Shown here: positions 23,044 to 36,330 of the stretch, in pieces | How positions within the stretch are numbered: the first letter of the stretch is position 1 | Layout of the letters: each line of letters opens with the position of its first letter | NCBI RefSeq assembly: GCF_001194135.2 | Contig: NC_069004.1 | Coordinates: 19,539,582 to 19,603,581, forward strand | Reading direction: 5' to 3' | DNA length: 64,000 bases | DNA from: Octopus bimaculoides | Taxonomy: Eukaryota | Position numbers and translations under genes: made by a program | Notes under the pieces: model-generated | Database searches by the model: none | What the model was told of the DNA's origin: nothing | The model's input: the letters and a program-made list of their open reading frames with translations, nothing else

Positions 23044-23672
23044 TAGTGGATCTCAACCATCTTTTCCTTATAAACCCCTTTGATTCCTATTTCACTCAGG
23101 TGGACCCTCAAGGTCATTTGATGTTTGAAAAAATTTCATATTTTTATAATCAAATATTAGGAATTGTATAAAAAGATTGTTAAAATATTTTGTACATTGC
23201 AGAAGAATGACCAGTTTATTACACATAGGTGCAGGCATGGCTGTGTGGTAAGAAGCTTGCTTCTCAACCACATGGTTCAAGGTTCTGTCCCACCGCACAG
23301 TACCATGCTAAAGTGTCTTCTACTATAGCCTTGGGCCGACTAAAGCCTTGGGAGTGGATTTGGTAGAAAGAAACTGAAAGAAGCCCATCATATATGTCTG
23401 TATGTGTTTGTATTTGTGTGTATGTATTTGTGTCTGTGTTTGTCCCCCCCCCCCCATTGCTTGACAACTGATGATAACTATAACTTAGTGGTTCAGCAAA
23501 AGAGGCCTATAGAATAAGTACTAGGCTTACAAAGAATAAATCCTGGGTTGATTTCTTCGACTAAAACCTTTTAAGTCAGTGCTCCAGCATGGCCGCAGTT
23601 AAATGGCTGAAACAAGTAAAAGAATAAACTTTAGCAATAAAATCTTATATGGACCCCAGTTAAGAACCACTG
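23044..23672 (+). mobile_element. hAT-like MITE with 8-bp TSD, containing a family-1 SINE (23228-23626)
   Basis: Ends TAGTGGATCTCAACC / AGTTAAGAACCACTG. Flanks ATTTAGAC / TTTTAGAC. Confidence 0.85.
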
Positions 23673-23844
23673 TTTTAGACTGTTAGTAGTTATTATTCTA
23701 TATGATTAGGAAATTGTCTTTTGCAACCACATAGTTTCAGGTTCAATCCCCATGCCGCACCTTGGATGACTGCCTTCTACTGTAACCTCCAACTGATCAA
23801 TGGCTTACAGAAGAATTTGCTAAGGAAGCTTGTCATCTTTGAAG

Positions 23845-24140
23845 GTGTGTGACTTAGTGGCCTGGGTATTCGGCTCGTCATTGTGAGGTTGTGAGTTCAA
23901 TTCCTGGCAGCACATGTGTGTCCCTGGGCAAGACACTTTATTTCATGTCATTCCAGTCCACTCAGCTGGCAAAAATGTCTTGTACTGGTAATTCAAAGAG
24001 TCGACTTTGTGACATTGTGTGTCACACTAAATCTCTCTGAGAATTATTTTAAGAGTACACAGGTCTGTGGAGTGCTCAGCCATTAATTTCACAAGCAGGA
24101 TTTTCTGTTGATCAGACCAACTGGAATACTTGTTGTCATC
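23845..24140 (+). mobile_element. SINE family 3 (tRNA head, CORE-like GTGTCCTTGAGCAAGACACTTTAT); other copies 25140-25420, 30440-30720, 59290-59540
   Basis: A-box-like TGACTTAGTGG, B-box-like AGTTCAATTCC, and GTCCCTGGGCAAGACACTTTATTTCA...CCAGTCCACTCAGCTG. Confidence 0.8.
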
Positions 24141-24588
24141 TACCAAATTCTCTAATAACCAATTGTACTGAGATGGAAATATGAGGGAATTTTGTAGGTG
24201 TGTGAATGTGAATGTTTACACTCCACATTCGTTACCAGTTTCTTTAAAGTGAAGTTTTGGTGATAGTGACAATCCTCGTTGACATGGCCAATGCTCTGTG
24301 CTTTCAAAAGGCCTGTGGAATAAAGAAGCCCATTACTTTAAAAACGGGCACAAGTTAACAATATGAAGATCATCTGGCTGTAAAATCCTGTCCAAATGCA
24401 TGTCAGAATGGGGGGGGGGGGAAAGGATGTTGAATAAGTGAAAGAATCAAGACTTTATTTCACTTTGCTTTTCTCTTGTGTTACCTTTGGTCGTGTGGTG
24501 TTGGGAGTTTGAGTATTGTCCTAAAAATGCCTTTTAGTATTTGCTTATTGTGCTTGAGGTTCAAATCCACGTCCCATCTGGTTTGATT

Positions 24589-24655
24589 TGTGTTTTCATT
24601 CTTCTGAATGATTTGTGTTTTCATTCTTCTGAATGATTTGTGTTTTCATTCTTCA
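24589..24655. repeat. 25-bp tandem repeat GATTTGTGTTTTCATTCTTCTGAAT, about 2.8 copies
   Basis: Read directly. Confidence 0.9.
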
Positions 24656-25840
24656 GATTGTCTCCTGAAGACAATGACCCCAGACATGACCACCGCTCTC
24701 TGACTAAAACCAGTAAAAGAAAGGCAACATGTGTGAGTGCACACACATGTTGCTTCTTGGGCCATTGCTACTTAACTGATTGTCAGCTTCCTTTGCATCT
24801 TTGAAGGCTTGTAAAATAAGAAATCTTTTACTTGAAAATCAGGAAAGGGTTAGCTACAGAAAGGGCATCCAGCTGTAAAACGCACTCCATAATAAATATG
24901 TTTAGCAGACAAAAATGTATGTAAAAGGAACATATAAAGTGTGTGTGTGTAATCAAAAATAAAAACAAAAACAAGAAAAACAATAAGAGTCAAAAGGATG
25001 TACATGGTGAATGCATCAGAGAAAGTTTAAGATGGAAAAAAGATGGGGTGTGACGTTTCGAACATGTCTCTTCACCAGAAAGAGGAAAAAGGGAACTGCC
25101 TGGAGAGAAGGCAAAGTGTCTCATTACATGAGTGTGTGTGTGTGTATAGGTGCGTAGCCTAGTGGTTAGGTTGTTGCAGTCAGGATTGTGAGATCTTGGT
25201 TTTGGTATCCAGACCAGCAGTGTCTTGTGCTCTTGAGTAAAACACATGATTTTATATTGCTCCAATCCATTCCTTGTAACTGGCTGGCTTCCCATTCAAG
25301 GTGAATGTTGACCTGCCCATCCAGCCAGTGGGATGGCATCATTCGAAAGCTATAAAGATGTGACAAAGTGCATTGTGATCAGCTGTGTATAACAACAACC
25401 AGTAGCCTGGTAGAGATAGTGATACTGTGAAATATGACCATCATCATCTTTTAGTGTTTGTTTTCCATGCTGGTATGGGTTGCATGGTTTGACCAGAGTT
25501 GGTAATCAGGAGAGCTGCGCCAGGTTCCAGTTTGATTTGGCTTGGTTTCTACTGCTGGATGCCCTTCTGAATGCTAACCACTTTGCAGAATGTGCTGGGT
25601 GCCTTTTGGCTTGCACAGGCACATTTTTATGTGGGACTGGCATGGGTGCTTTTTACATGACACCAGCACAAGGCTCTTGCGGGGTCAATCCTCTTTAGCA
25701 GGAGGAGCAGGATATATAAATATATAGGTGTTAGGAAGGGCGTCCAGCTGTAGAAACCATGCCTCAAGGGATAATTAGAGTCTGGACACTGTCCAACCCA
25801 TGCCATTGTAGAAAACAGATGTTAAAAGGTGTTGATGATA

Positions 25841-25875
<35 letters not shown>

Positions 25876-26681
25876 ATTATGGAGAGGAAAAGAAGAGATG
25901 TGAAATGTTTCGAGTGGGTACAGTATTTGACTGTTTGGCCCATGAGTGTTCAGAATCCATTTCAGGTGTTTATTTGTCCTTGAGCAAGAAAACAATTTGT
26001 CTTAATTCATTTACATGTGTTAAGTAGCATGAGCAGAGTATATAAAACCATGGGACGTTACTTGTTGCTTCACATAGATTAGGTGTCCTTGTTTCCCACT
26101 AAAACAACTTGCAGAAAATTGGATCTGATCAAACTACCTTTAAAATCATTTGAATTTGTAGAGATATTTGTCATTGTTATTTATTATCAACATCAACACA
26201 TACATATCCAACATACATACATACTTTTTTAAGTAGGGCACTCAACTGTCTTGCACGCAGCGATTAATTTATTTTTACTTTTATTATCTCCACAACCTAA
26301 ATACGCAATTTATTATCTTCTCTATTTATTATTGCAGTCATTAATAAATCCTGTCAGTTCTGCTCAGAGAAAAAAAAAAAAAGAAATAATGTAAATGCAT
26401 GTGTAGCTATTGTTGGTCTCTGTTTCCATTTCTTGCCCACTCAACTCCTCATGATGTGCTTTTTCCTTCTCTTTTTTTTTTTTTGCTTCGTTTCTCAAAT
26501 TATTTTTAAAGCTGCACTGATTACATTATACAGCATTCAGATCATTTATTTTGATATTTATGTGTAATGGACAGAACATACAAATGTATCTATATAAATA
26601 CATCTATTGTGTGCTTAGTTGTGTCACATACATACATAATACATATATGTATAGGTATGTGCGTGTGTGTGTCTATATATG

Positions 26682-26763
<82 letters not shown>

Positions 26764-27974
26764 TATATGTGTAGGTGTGTATGTATATCTATAAAGGTAT
26801 ATAGAAGTATATATATGTTTGTTCATATATGTATATATATAAAAATTTTCTTATTCAGGCCTTGTGCTTATAATAGAAAGGATTATTATTGTTGTATATA
26901 TGTACACTCACGTACACACTCTACTTTCATTATTAGCTAAGAACACTTTTCAGTATTTATAATGATAAGGTTAAAAATAAAGATTTCTGCCTTGCATATT
27001 GGATGTATTTTAGTTAACAGAATAATTTCTCTGTGGTTATTTTTGAATGTCTTCATGGGAACTATCTGATATATAACTACGAAGTTTATGCAAGGTGAAA
27101 TTTAGAATCAAGTTTCTTAAATGAGAAGTGACATACCCTCACTTTTTTTCTTTACATATTTTCATTCAGCTCTTCTTATTTTAAGTTTATGGTTTTGCTT
27201 CTATTTTTTTCTGTCCTTCGTCTTTCTATTATTATTATTATTATTATTAAGAAGGCAGTGAGTTGGCAGAATTGTTAGCATGCTGGGGAAAATGCTTAGT
27301 GGCATTTTATCCGTTTTATGCTCTAAATACAAATTACACCGAGGTCAACTTTGCTTTGCATACTTTTGGGGTTGATAAGTACCAGTTGAGTACTGGGGCT
27401 GATGTAATTAACTAGCTCCTTCCCCCAAAATTTCAGGCCTTGTTCCTTTACTANNNNNNNNNNNNNNNNNNNNNNNNNNNNNNNNNNNNNNNNNNNNNNN
27501 NNNNNNNNNNNNNNNNNNNNNNNNNNNNNNNNNNNNNNNNNNNNNNNNNNNNNNNNNNNNNNNNNNNNNNNNNNNNNNNNNNNNNNNNNNNNNNNNNNNN
27601 NNNNNNNNNNNNNNNNNNNNNNNNNNNNNNNNNNNNNNNNNNNNNNNNNNNNNNNNNNNNNNNNNNNNNNNNNNNNNNNNNNNNNNNNNNNNNNNNNNNN
27701 NNNNNNNNNNNNNNNNNNNNNNNNNNNNNNNNNNNNNNNNNNNNNNTTTATGTTCTGAATACAAATTATGCCATGGTTGACTTAGCCTTTTACCCTTTCA
27801 GGGATCAATAAAATTATGTACCAGTTGAACACTGGGGTCAATGTAATTGATTAGCCCCCTCCTCCATAATTTTTGGTCATGTGCTTGTAATGGAACAGAA
27901 AGGATTATTGTTATTATTATGCTAATTCAGACATTCTTAGCCCTTTTCATTTTTTAAATTACCAATGCTTTCGG

Positions 27975-28017
<43 letters not shown>

Positions 28018-31000
28018 TATCATTTTTCGAAACAATAATTTAATGAAAATATTCCCTAGAAAATTTAATTATTTGAACATTTTCTTTGAGTTAATTAGTG
28101 CATTATCATTATCTTTTAACCAGAAATACTTAATGTAAATTAATTTTGGATTATTTCTTCAAAATATTTTTTTGTTTTTTGTTTTTTTTTATTCCACAAA
28201 TTCCTAACTATTTTTGTTGTTTCAAAAAGAAATATTTCCTGCGATACAAGAACTACTGTGCTGGCTTCCTTCACTGTCTCAGTGTGTGAACAAGCTTTCA
28301 CAGGAACCGATGAAGGGCAGCGTAACCTGACCACTTCACTTGCTAAAGTATTAAGAGCACATGTTTGAATTCTTGATCCCTTGGGGGCTACAAACCCAAT
28401 ACAAAGACAAGATGGTTACAGCAAATGAGAGAGAGAGAGCTGCTGATAGACAAAACTCAACTTAAGGCTGGCTTGCTACATACAGTGCAAGCATGTATGG
28501 ATAATACAATCAACACAATGTATTCCAATAGAACACAAACAATTCAAGCTTTTTCTTTTTTTATTCTGATACTTCAGAATTTAAAAGGTATACTTGTAAC
28601 ATCAGAACCTAGGCCATAATATTACACAAGGTTGCATACAGACACACACACACACACACACACACACACATTATGTTCAGGGGAGTGAGCTGGCAGAACC
28701 GTTAGCACACCAAGAAAAATGCTTAGTGGCATTTCATCCGTCTTTATGTTGTGAGTTCAAATTCCGCCAAGGTCAGCTTTGCCTTTCATCCTTTCGGTGT
28801 CAGTAAAAATATGTACCAGTTGACCCCCCTGCCTCCACGAAATTGCTGGCCTTTTCCAAAATTTGAAATTATCATTATGTTTATATGTGTACGTATATTG
28901 TAGGTACTGATATAGATGTATACAACATATTGATTTTAAACATGTAATGTTTAATTATTCACAATGTTTTGAATTAGTCGTGCATTATCTTGTAGCTGTG
29001 AGCTTTTGATAATGTAATTGTTTATTTTTAGAATAGCATTGTAGGGTAGGTGTGAGAGGCTGGATCTGGCCAGGTAGAATATTTGGGTTGGACATAGTTG
29101 ATTTAAATGTAAACGAGTTGAATAGTGTAGCAATCAGATAATTCTAAAATTACATTTTTATTGTCTGTAGGGAAGGGCTCATTGGATAATGTACTTCTAA
29201 AGTGTTGTTTCTGGGGAGGATGTGGAAAGGTGAGTCTTTCAGTTATAGATCTGTTACATAAGTACTGAAATGGGAGGAGACTAAACAACTACCGAAATAA
29301 CTGTATGTAATAAATAAAATAGTACAGAATAGTATAAAAGGCTATTAACTGCTCAGCCTTGTATTTCAGGTGTATTGTGTGTTGGTTATGCTATTGTTAC
29401 AGACTTGTCGTCAAGTCAATGCCCTTGTGGTGACTTCTAGAATTTTGTAGTTTCTTTTTTTAGCTTATTTTCCATTTGAACTGATTATAACAATACGTGA
29501 AATATTGTTATTGTATTTTAAACTGCGTTAGAACATGCATAAACTTCTATTTGTGCTATTGATTTCAATTAGATGAATGCTTATACATTATTTTATTCAC
29601 ATAACATTTCTGAGTACATTTTAATTTAGATTACCTAGTTTTACATTTTCCTTTAAAAAAAAAATCTTATTGTGAATATAGATTCTTTTATTTTATTGGA
29701 AATGCTAAGTGTGTAAATACCAAATTCTACCTAAGTGATATTAAAGAGCTTAACTAAATGTGTCACTAAGTATTCTTATTTTGAGGAACACTCTTCATAT
29801 TCTCTATGCTACCACTGTTTTTAATTCTTGTTTCTTTTCTTATTACGTCTATCTTTTATCTTTTACGTTTTTGCATTCATTGAATTGTGGCCAAGCTGGA
29901 GGAATGCATTGAAGGATATTTAGTCCAGGCAAATTGAACCCCTGTACTTTTTAAGTCTGGTGCTTATTCTATCAATATCTTTTGATGAACTGTTAAGTTA
30001 CAGACATAAACACACCAACATTGGTTGTCAAGTAGGGTGGGTGGGAGTTAAACAAATAGTTACAATCTCCTCTCTCTCACACACACACTCTCATAACAGG
30101 CTTCCACACAGTTTCTATGTACCAGATTCACTCAAAGCATTGGTTGACCCAGGGCTCTTTAGTAGAAAACATTTTCCCAAGACACCATGCAGAGAACCGA
30201 TTCAAAAACCACATGGTTGATTAGCAAGCTTCTTAATTACACTTATTACAACACAACCTTTGAAAGTTTATCTTGTAAACGCCAGACCATTTTGGAAATG
30301 TTGCATCCCCCTTTCTTACTGCACTGGCCCCTGTAAATAGCCTAACATTTTGTTGAGCAATGTCTAGGTAGAATCAATAAACCCCAACATCACACTCAGT
30401 TTCTGCTTATATTCAGCCTATCCCATATATAGTCTTTCAGTTTAGTGGTTAGAGTCCTGGGCTCCCGATCATAAGGTTGTAGGTTTCATTCTTGGACTTG
30501 GTGGTGCAGTTGTGTCCTTAAGCAGGGCATTTCAGTTCACATTGCTTCGGTCTCCTCAGCTGAAAATGAACACCAGCTGAATGCTGGTGCAGCCCTTTTT
30601 TTTTCCCCCCCTACCACCTATCATATCCTCACTGTTTCATTTGGTCATGGATGGGATGGAGAGGAGGGTATCTATGTCTGCACCTAAAACAGTTAGCGAA
30701 AGCATGGAACATGCTAGCAGGGTCGTACTCTCTTGTTAGTGGCAACTATGGTTTTTCTTTTTACGTATGAGTCTATATATGCAATATGAAACTTTGTCTT
30801 TACATAATACAACATAATACATGTCTGCGCTATACATTGTTTTACTTTTGTCACAAATTCTTTCTTGTTTGAGACTGTCTTTGTCTTACTTCTCACCTCC
30901 TCACCATAAGTATTTCTAGTTAGGTTTCATTGGACATTCAAAGATGATGTCTGAAAATCATGTTTGTGTGTAAAAGCTGTGAATAAATGCAACTAGACAG

Positions 31001-31269
31001 ACTACTAAACATTACAAATATTCTTAAGCATGTGCACACACAACATAAAAACATAAAAGCTTCAAAATAAAAATAAAAATATAATTTTAATGTTCAGCAG
31101 TATCAGAACCAAGCAGTGTTTAGGCATAAGCAAACTTTAAGTTAGTCAAGATATGTTTATGACATATTTCAACTCCTGAACTCACTACAATTATTGTGGA
31201 GAAAAAAATTCTCTTATGTTCTACCCAGTGCTGCTTCCTATTAGATTCCTAGACGTGTTTATAGCTCTT

Positions 31270-31751
31270 GAGCCATTATCAATGGGAAATACCAAAGAGA
31301 AGCAACTCTGGACAGACTTAATTAAAGCTAGTTGTAGCTTTAACTAAAACACAGCAACATTGAGTTGCACCATTAGACCGCCAAGTTGGAAGAAATTTTG
31401 CCAGTATCAGCGCCAAGCAGTGTTTAGGCATAAATGAACTTTAGGTTGGTTAAAATGTTTGTCACATATTTCATCTTCTAATGGCAAATTCACTGCAGTT
31501 ACCATGGAGAAAAAATACTCGCTTATTGTAAAAAGGTGTAAAAACACCATATCTGCCCAGCACTGCCCTGTAACTAACCTAAAGTTCTCTTATGCCTAAA
31601 CACTGTTTGGCACTGATGCTGCTAAATTTATTCCAACTTGGTGGTCTAATAGCACAACACAGTCAACAACATTGACTGTGTCTTAGTTAGAGTTATGGCT
31701 TTAAAATATGCCCAGAGTTACTTTCTCTTCGGTATTTAGCACCAGTAGCTC
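31270..31751. mobile_element. long-TIR foldback element (about 180-bp diverged arms, about 120-bp spacer) with an upstream partial direct duplicate (31096-31220)
   Basis: Arm 31270-31452 aligns to the reverse complement of 31571-31751 (e.g. CCAAGCAGTGTTTAGGCATAA / TTATGCCTAAACACTGTTTGG; ATTAGACCGCCAAGTTGGAA / TTCCAACTTGGTGGTCTAAT). Confidence 0.8.
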
Positions 31752-32429
31752 TGAATGGGAGGTGACAAGGTGTGTGACGACTCATTCAACAACCCATGCT
31801 AGCATGTAAAACATATGTAAAATGATGATGATCTTTTTTTTAAACCTCTCTGTCTCCTTGTCAACTTTGCCTTTCATCTTTTCAAGGTTGATAAAGTATC
31901 ATTTCTATACTGGGGTACATTTTTCCTCTTTGTTTCATTTTCTCTCCCTCTCTCTCTCCAAAGAAGAAGAAAAAGAAATCAGCTGTGGGATGGGTTCCAC
32001 CAGTTTAAAAACTGCCCAAGATATACTGTATGCCACAATGGCACCTCCTCGACTCGATCAAGGAGTTAAGGGCCCAAAAGCAAGGCAAGGCAAGGCGTCT
32101 CCCCTTTCACCTTAGTGTAATTCAGAAACATTCTGGCTGAAACAGCTAGTGACAGCAGACCATGAGAGAGAGAGAAAGAGAGAATTCCATAGTTATATAT
32201 TGAAACAGATTGACCTTAACTGTAACTTACTTTATCAGACCCATAGAAACAACCTAAAGAATGAACCATGTCAATATTTCAACTAAAAAAAGAACTGTAA
32301 AGCATTGAATTTGATACCGAAAAATAACCATGCCATCAATAGCTTGCTTGAGACCTGTGTGTGCATGCATTTGCATGTGTGTACATGTGCATGCATGCAC
32401 ACTTGTCATTGCATAGAATTTACAATTTT

Positions 32430-32460
<31 letters not shown>

Positions 32461-32939
32461 AAACAAACCGATTGTGCAATACCTATTTCTTTTCAAAGTG
32501 TATGAAAATGGCTAATTAGAGTTTCATTGACTTCAATGGATTTTAAAAAGTTATATATTTGAGTGTGTGTATGTAAATATATATGTATATATAAATATGT
32601 GTGTGTGTGTAAATATATATCTATATANNNNNNNNNNNNNNNNNNNNNNNNNNNNNNNNNNNNNNNNNNNNNNNNNNNNNNNNNNNNNNNNNNNNNNNNN
32701 NNNNNNNNNNNNNNNNNNNNNNNNNNNNNNNNNNNNNNNNNNNNTATATATAATATAATATATATATAGACACACGTTTGTGTGTGTGTGTGTGTGTGTG
32801 TATGCTACCACAGAATAACATAACAGAAAAATACATTTAGAAATATATAAATTCAGTAATTTAAAAATATCCTATGAAAAGGCATAAATTTCATATTTTT
32901 TTTTTCTTTTTGTATACTGGTTTAGATCCGAAGGATTAC

Positions 32940-33215
32940 CTTAATTTTGCCTCTTGTTAGTTTTTCCAAAAGGCTGTCTCAATGGCAAGAACTTAGTCCA
33001 GACTTTTCCATTTTACCGCATTGAGAGTCTGATGTCGATGAATTTCTCCTCTTCACTAATTTTCCTTCATTGTGATCAGCTTGTGAAGGCTTTGGTGGGA
33101 GTCGCTATTAAAACCTCTGCTTCATAAATACTTTCTGAACCTTGATGCACTTTATTGGTGGTGCTATTTCTAATGCAAGACAGCTTAAGACGCTTCCACA
33201 TAATTGCTTGACCTG
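32940..33215 (-). other. candidate non-coding (UTR or lncRNA) exon
   Basis: Acceptor TTTAGTTGTTTTTATTTCCAG|CAG (NAGNAG) and donor AAG|GTAATC bound 276 nt of unique, balanced-composition sequence. Stops occur in all three frames. Confidence 0.4.
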
Positions 33216-35022
33216 CTGGAAATAAAAACAACTAAAATATGATACTCCCTCCCCCACCACCACCACAAAAAAATTTCCCCCTGTTATCTTAAAAATTGGG
33301 GATACATTATATGATGTAAACCTAGATACACTATGTAAAGAAAAACAAATAATTACAGCTGGAATTGCCTTTTGATCAGAGGTCTGCTTGATTGGAGCTG
33401 GCCTGGGGTTAAATGACAACAGTTAGTCTCAGTGTTTTTAGCTAAATTGTCATGTCTGACAACATGAAGGGGATAAAATTTATGATGATGATGATGTTGA
33501 TGATGATGATCACCACCACCACCACCATGCTTATCTTCATCATCATGATCTTCTCTTCCACCATCAGTCTTATTATCATCTTCACCACACCACTGCTGCC
33601 GCTACCACCGCAACCATCATCATTGTTGTTGAACTATTTTGTTGAGCTCTAATTACAGAATTAAGTGATCATTCGGCAATAACCCTACAGTAAATCCAAT
33701 ATGCAAAATAAGACCTGATTTTTTTCTACTGCTTATTCTAGAGTATTTACGAGCACTTAATTTATCAATCCTAATATTGTTGAAAGATCTGATCCGTTAA
33801 AACAGGATTCATACATAAAAATGAATACCAAACACATCATTATTATTGTACCTAGATAAATATTTCATCTCTTTGTTGCTTTTTTTGATGACCATGATGG
33901 ATGGATGGGGTGAATTATAAAATTTCCATGCTGAATGCATCATGCAAACTGCATCTTCTTACCTCATTGTAAAATACTTATATATCCTTCCTTAGTTATG
34001 CTCAGTATGAAAATGGCCCAATTTAAGAATTTAAATTCAGTTTTAATTTAGGACATTTTTTATGTACAAACAAAATATTGAACCAGCCTTGTTCCAATCA
34101 TTGAGAACAAAAAGCATTATTTCCCTTTGTATAACTTATTTTCTATGGAATTATGATTGATAAAATTAATGTTGCGGTGAGTAATTTTACAACAATATGC
34201 TGAATGAGTCTAGTTTGCCTCATTTGCTTGGTTATAATTAACCAGACAAGTTCACATTGTTGACATTACCTATAATTTCATGATGTTTTGATGTTATATA
34301 TTCTATTAAATATATCTTTGTGCTTATATCACTTTGAAGTCATCAGTCCCACTTTGAAGTAGTAAATCTCATTTTGAAATCATAAATCTCACTTTGAAGT
34401 GGTATGCACTCACTTAGAATGACTAATATTGTCTAGATGGAGGTCTTAAATGCATACCCATAAGACACGCTACTACACACTAAATTATAATAAAGATTCT
34501 GTTATAATAATAATGCCTTATGTTCATGCTGAATTATTCCAAATTTATTATTTTTGGTTGCTGGGTTTTTTGAATTTAAAAAATGTGCATATATTGTCTT
34601 TTTATTTTGGGTTATGGCTAAATAGGTTATCATATGACATCAAGATTACCATAGTAAAATGGTTGCTAGTAATTTTTTCTTTTTTTTTCTTTTTTAAATC
34701 ATGGTACCAATATAGTATCTTTTTGAAAGTGATGTCTTCTTCTGGCATCATATGTTACATTTTGGAGAATAGATTACTCAGAGGCACCATCCACAAGTTA
34801 GAGATAACATATTTAATAAAATGAGCATTAAATGCTCATTGGAAATGATTATGTGGTGAGGAAAAGACAATACTAGTCAATGGTTTGTATTTTTTTTTAG
34901 TTATTTGTGCACATAAGGGAGCTAAATGAAGTATATTTTCTGTCTTATGAGATTTCCTCAATGAAGCAGAGATTTCATCACATGCTGTAGTGGTGATGAG
35001 TGAATCTTTAAGAGAAAGTACA

Positions 35023-35473
35023 ATAGGTGCAGGCATGACTGTGTGGCAAGAAGCTTGCTTGCTTTCCAACCATATGGTTCATGGTTCAGTCCTGCTGCAT
35101 GGCACCTTGAGCAAGTGTCTTCTACTCTAGCCTCAGGCTAGCCAAAGCTTTGTGAGTGGATTTGATAGAGTGGGTAAGGTATATGTAGTGAAGGCGCATG
35201 GCTTAGTGATTAAGGTGTTGCACTCATGATTGCCAGATCATGGGTTCGATTCCCAGACCAGGCATTGCGTTGTGTTCTTCATTTTATGCTGCTTTGCGAT
35301 CATTTCGACATCTGACATGTGGCACCCAGTTGCACCTGTATAGGTAATGTCAATCTTATGGAGGGAGTGAGCTTATGTCTACACAAACATTTGATCATTA
35401 TAAACAAATCATCTGTGTGGTTGTTTGGTAAGAAATTGTCGAACCCTCATATGTCTAACAATGGGAGAGGTCC

Positions 35474-35534
<61 letters not shown>

Positions 35535-35685
35535 CCTTAGTGGTTCAGCAAAAAGAGACTGATAGAATGGATACCAGGCTTTAAAAAAAATGTTCTGTGA
35601 TCGATTGATTCGAATAAAAGTCCTTCAAAGTGGCACCCCAGCATAGGCACAGTCTAATGACTGAAACAAATTAAAGACGAAAGGT
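35023..35685 (+). mobile_element. family-1 SINE split by a family-3 SINE (35188-~35478) and (TA)n
   Basis: Family-1 head at 35023-35165 and tail at 35530-35685. The family-3 head has TGGCTTAGTG and GGTTCGATTCC boxes. Confidence 0.8.
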
Positions 35686-35963
35686 AAATATTACACACTA
35701 GTAGGTGTAGAAAATGAGAACATTTTAGAGAATAAATTACTCAAGAGGATTATATAGGCTTGATTAACTCGAAGACTAGTCTACATAAGATGCTATCAAT
35801 TATCAGCATCAAAAGCCATAATTCTCTTATGCTCACTCTTTATATAGTTGTTTCATTTTGGCATATTTTTTGTATCAATTCCTTTGTAACCATATTTTTA
35901 TTGAAATACACTCACCCATTTTTCCCCCCCTTTCAATTAATTGTGAAAATAATCAAGAATATA

Positions 35964-36330
35964 GGCGCAGGCATGGCTGTGTGGTAAGATGTTTGCTTCC
36001 CAACTACATAGTTCTGGGTTCGGTCCCACTGCGTCACACCTAAGACAAGTGTTTTCTACTATATCTTTGGGCTGACTGAAACCTTGTGAGTGGATTTGGT
36101 AGACAGAAACTGAAAGAAGCCCATCGTGTGTGTGTGTGTGTGTTTTTCCCAGACTGCTACTTGACAACCAGTGTTGGTTTGTTTACATCCTTGTAACTTA
36201 GAGGTTCGGCAATAGAGATTGATAAGATTAGGATAAAGGACCGGGGTCATTTCATTTGACTAAAAGTTTTTCAAGGCAGTGCTTCAGCATGGCCGCAGTC
36301 TAATGACTGAAACAGATAAAAGATAAAAGA
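35964..36330 (+). mobile_element. full-length SINE family 1 (another at about 37165-37510; family-2 copy on - at 36935-37135)
   Basis: Head, (TG)n and tail are all present. Confidence 0.88.

Noticed and set aside
35188-35262. tRNA-like sequences with A and B boxes (also 52692, 38891, 9492)
   Set aside because: They are SINE heads followed by CORE-like body and tail. No complete cloverleaf is supportable.
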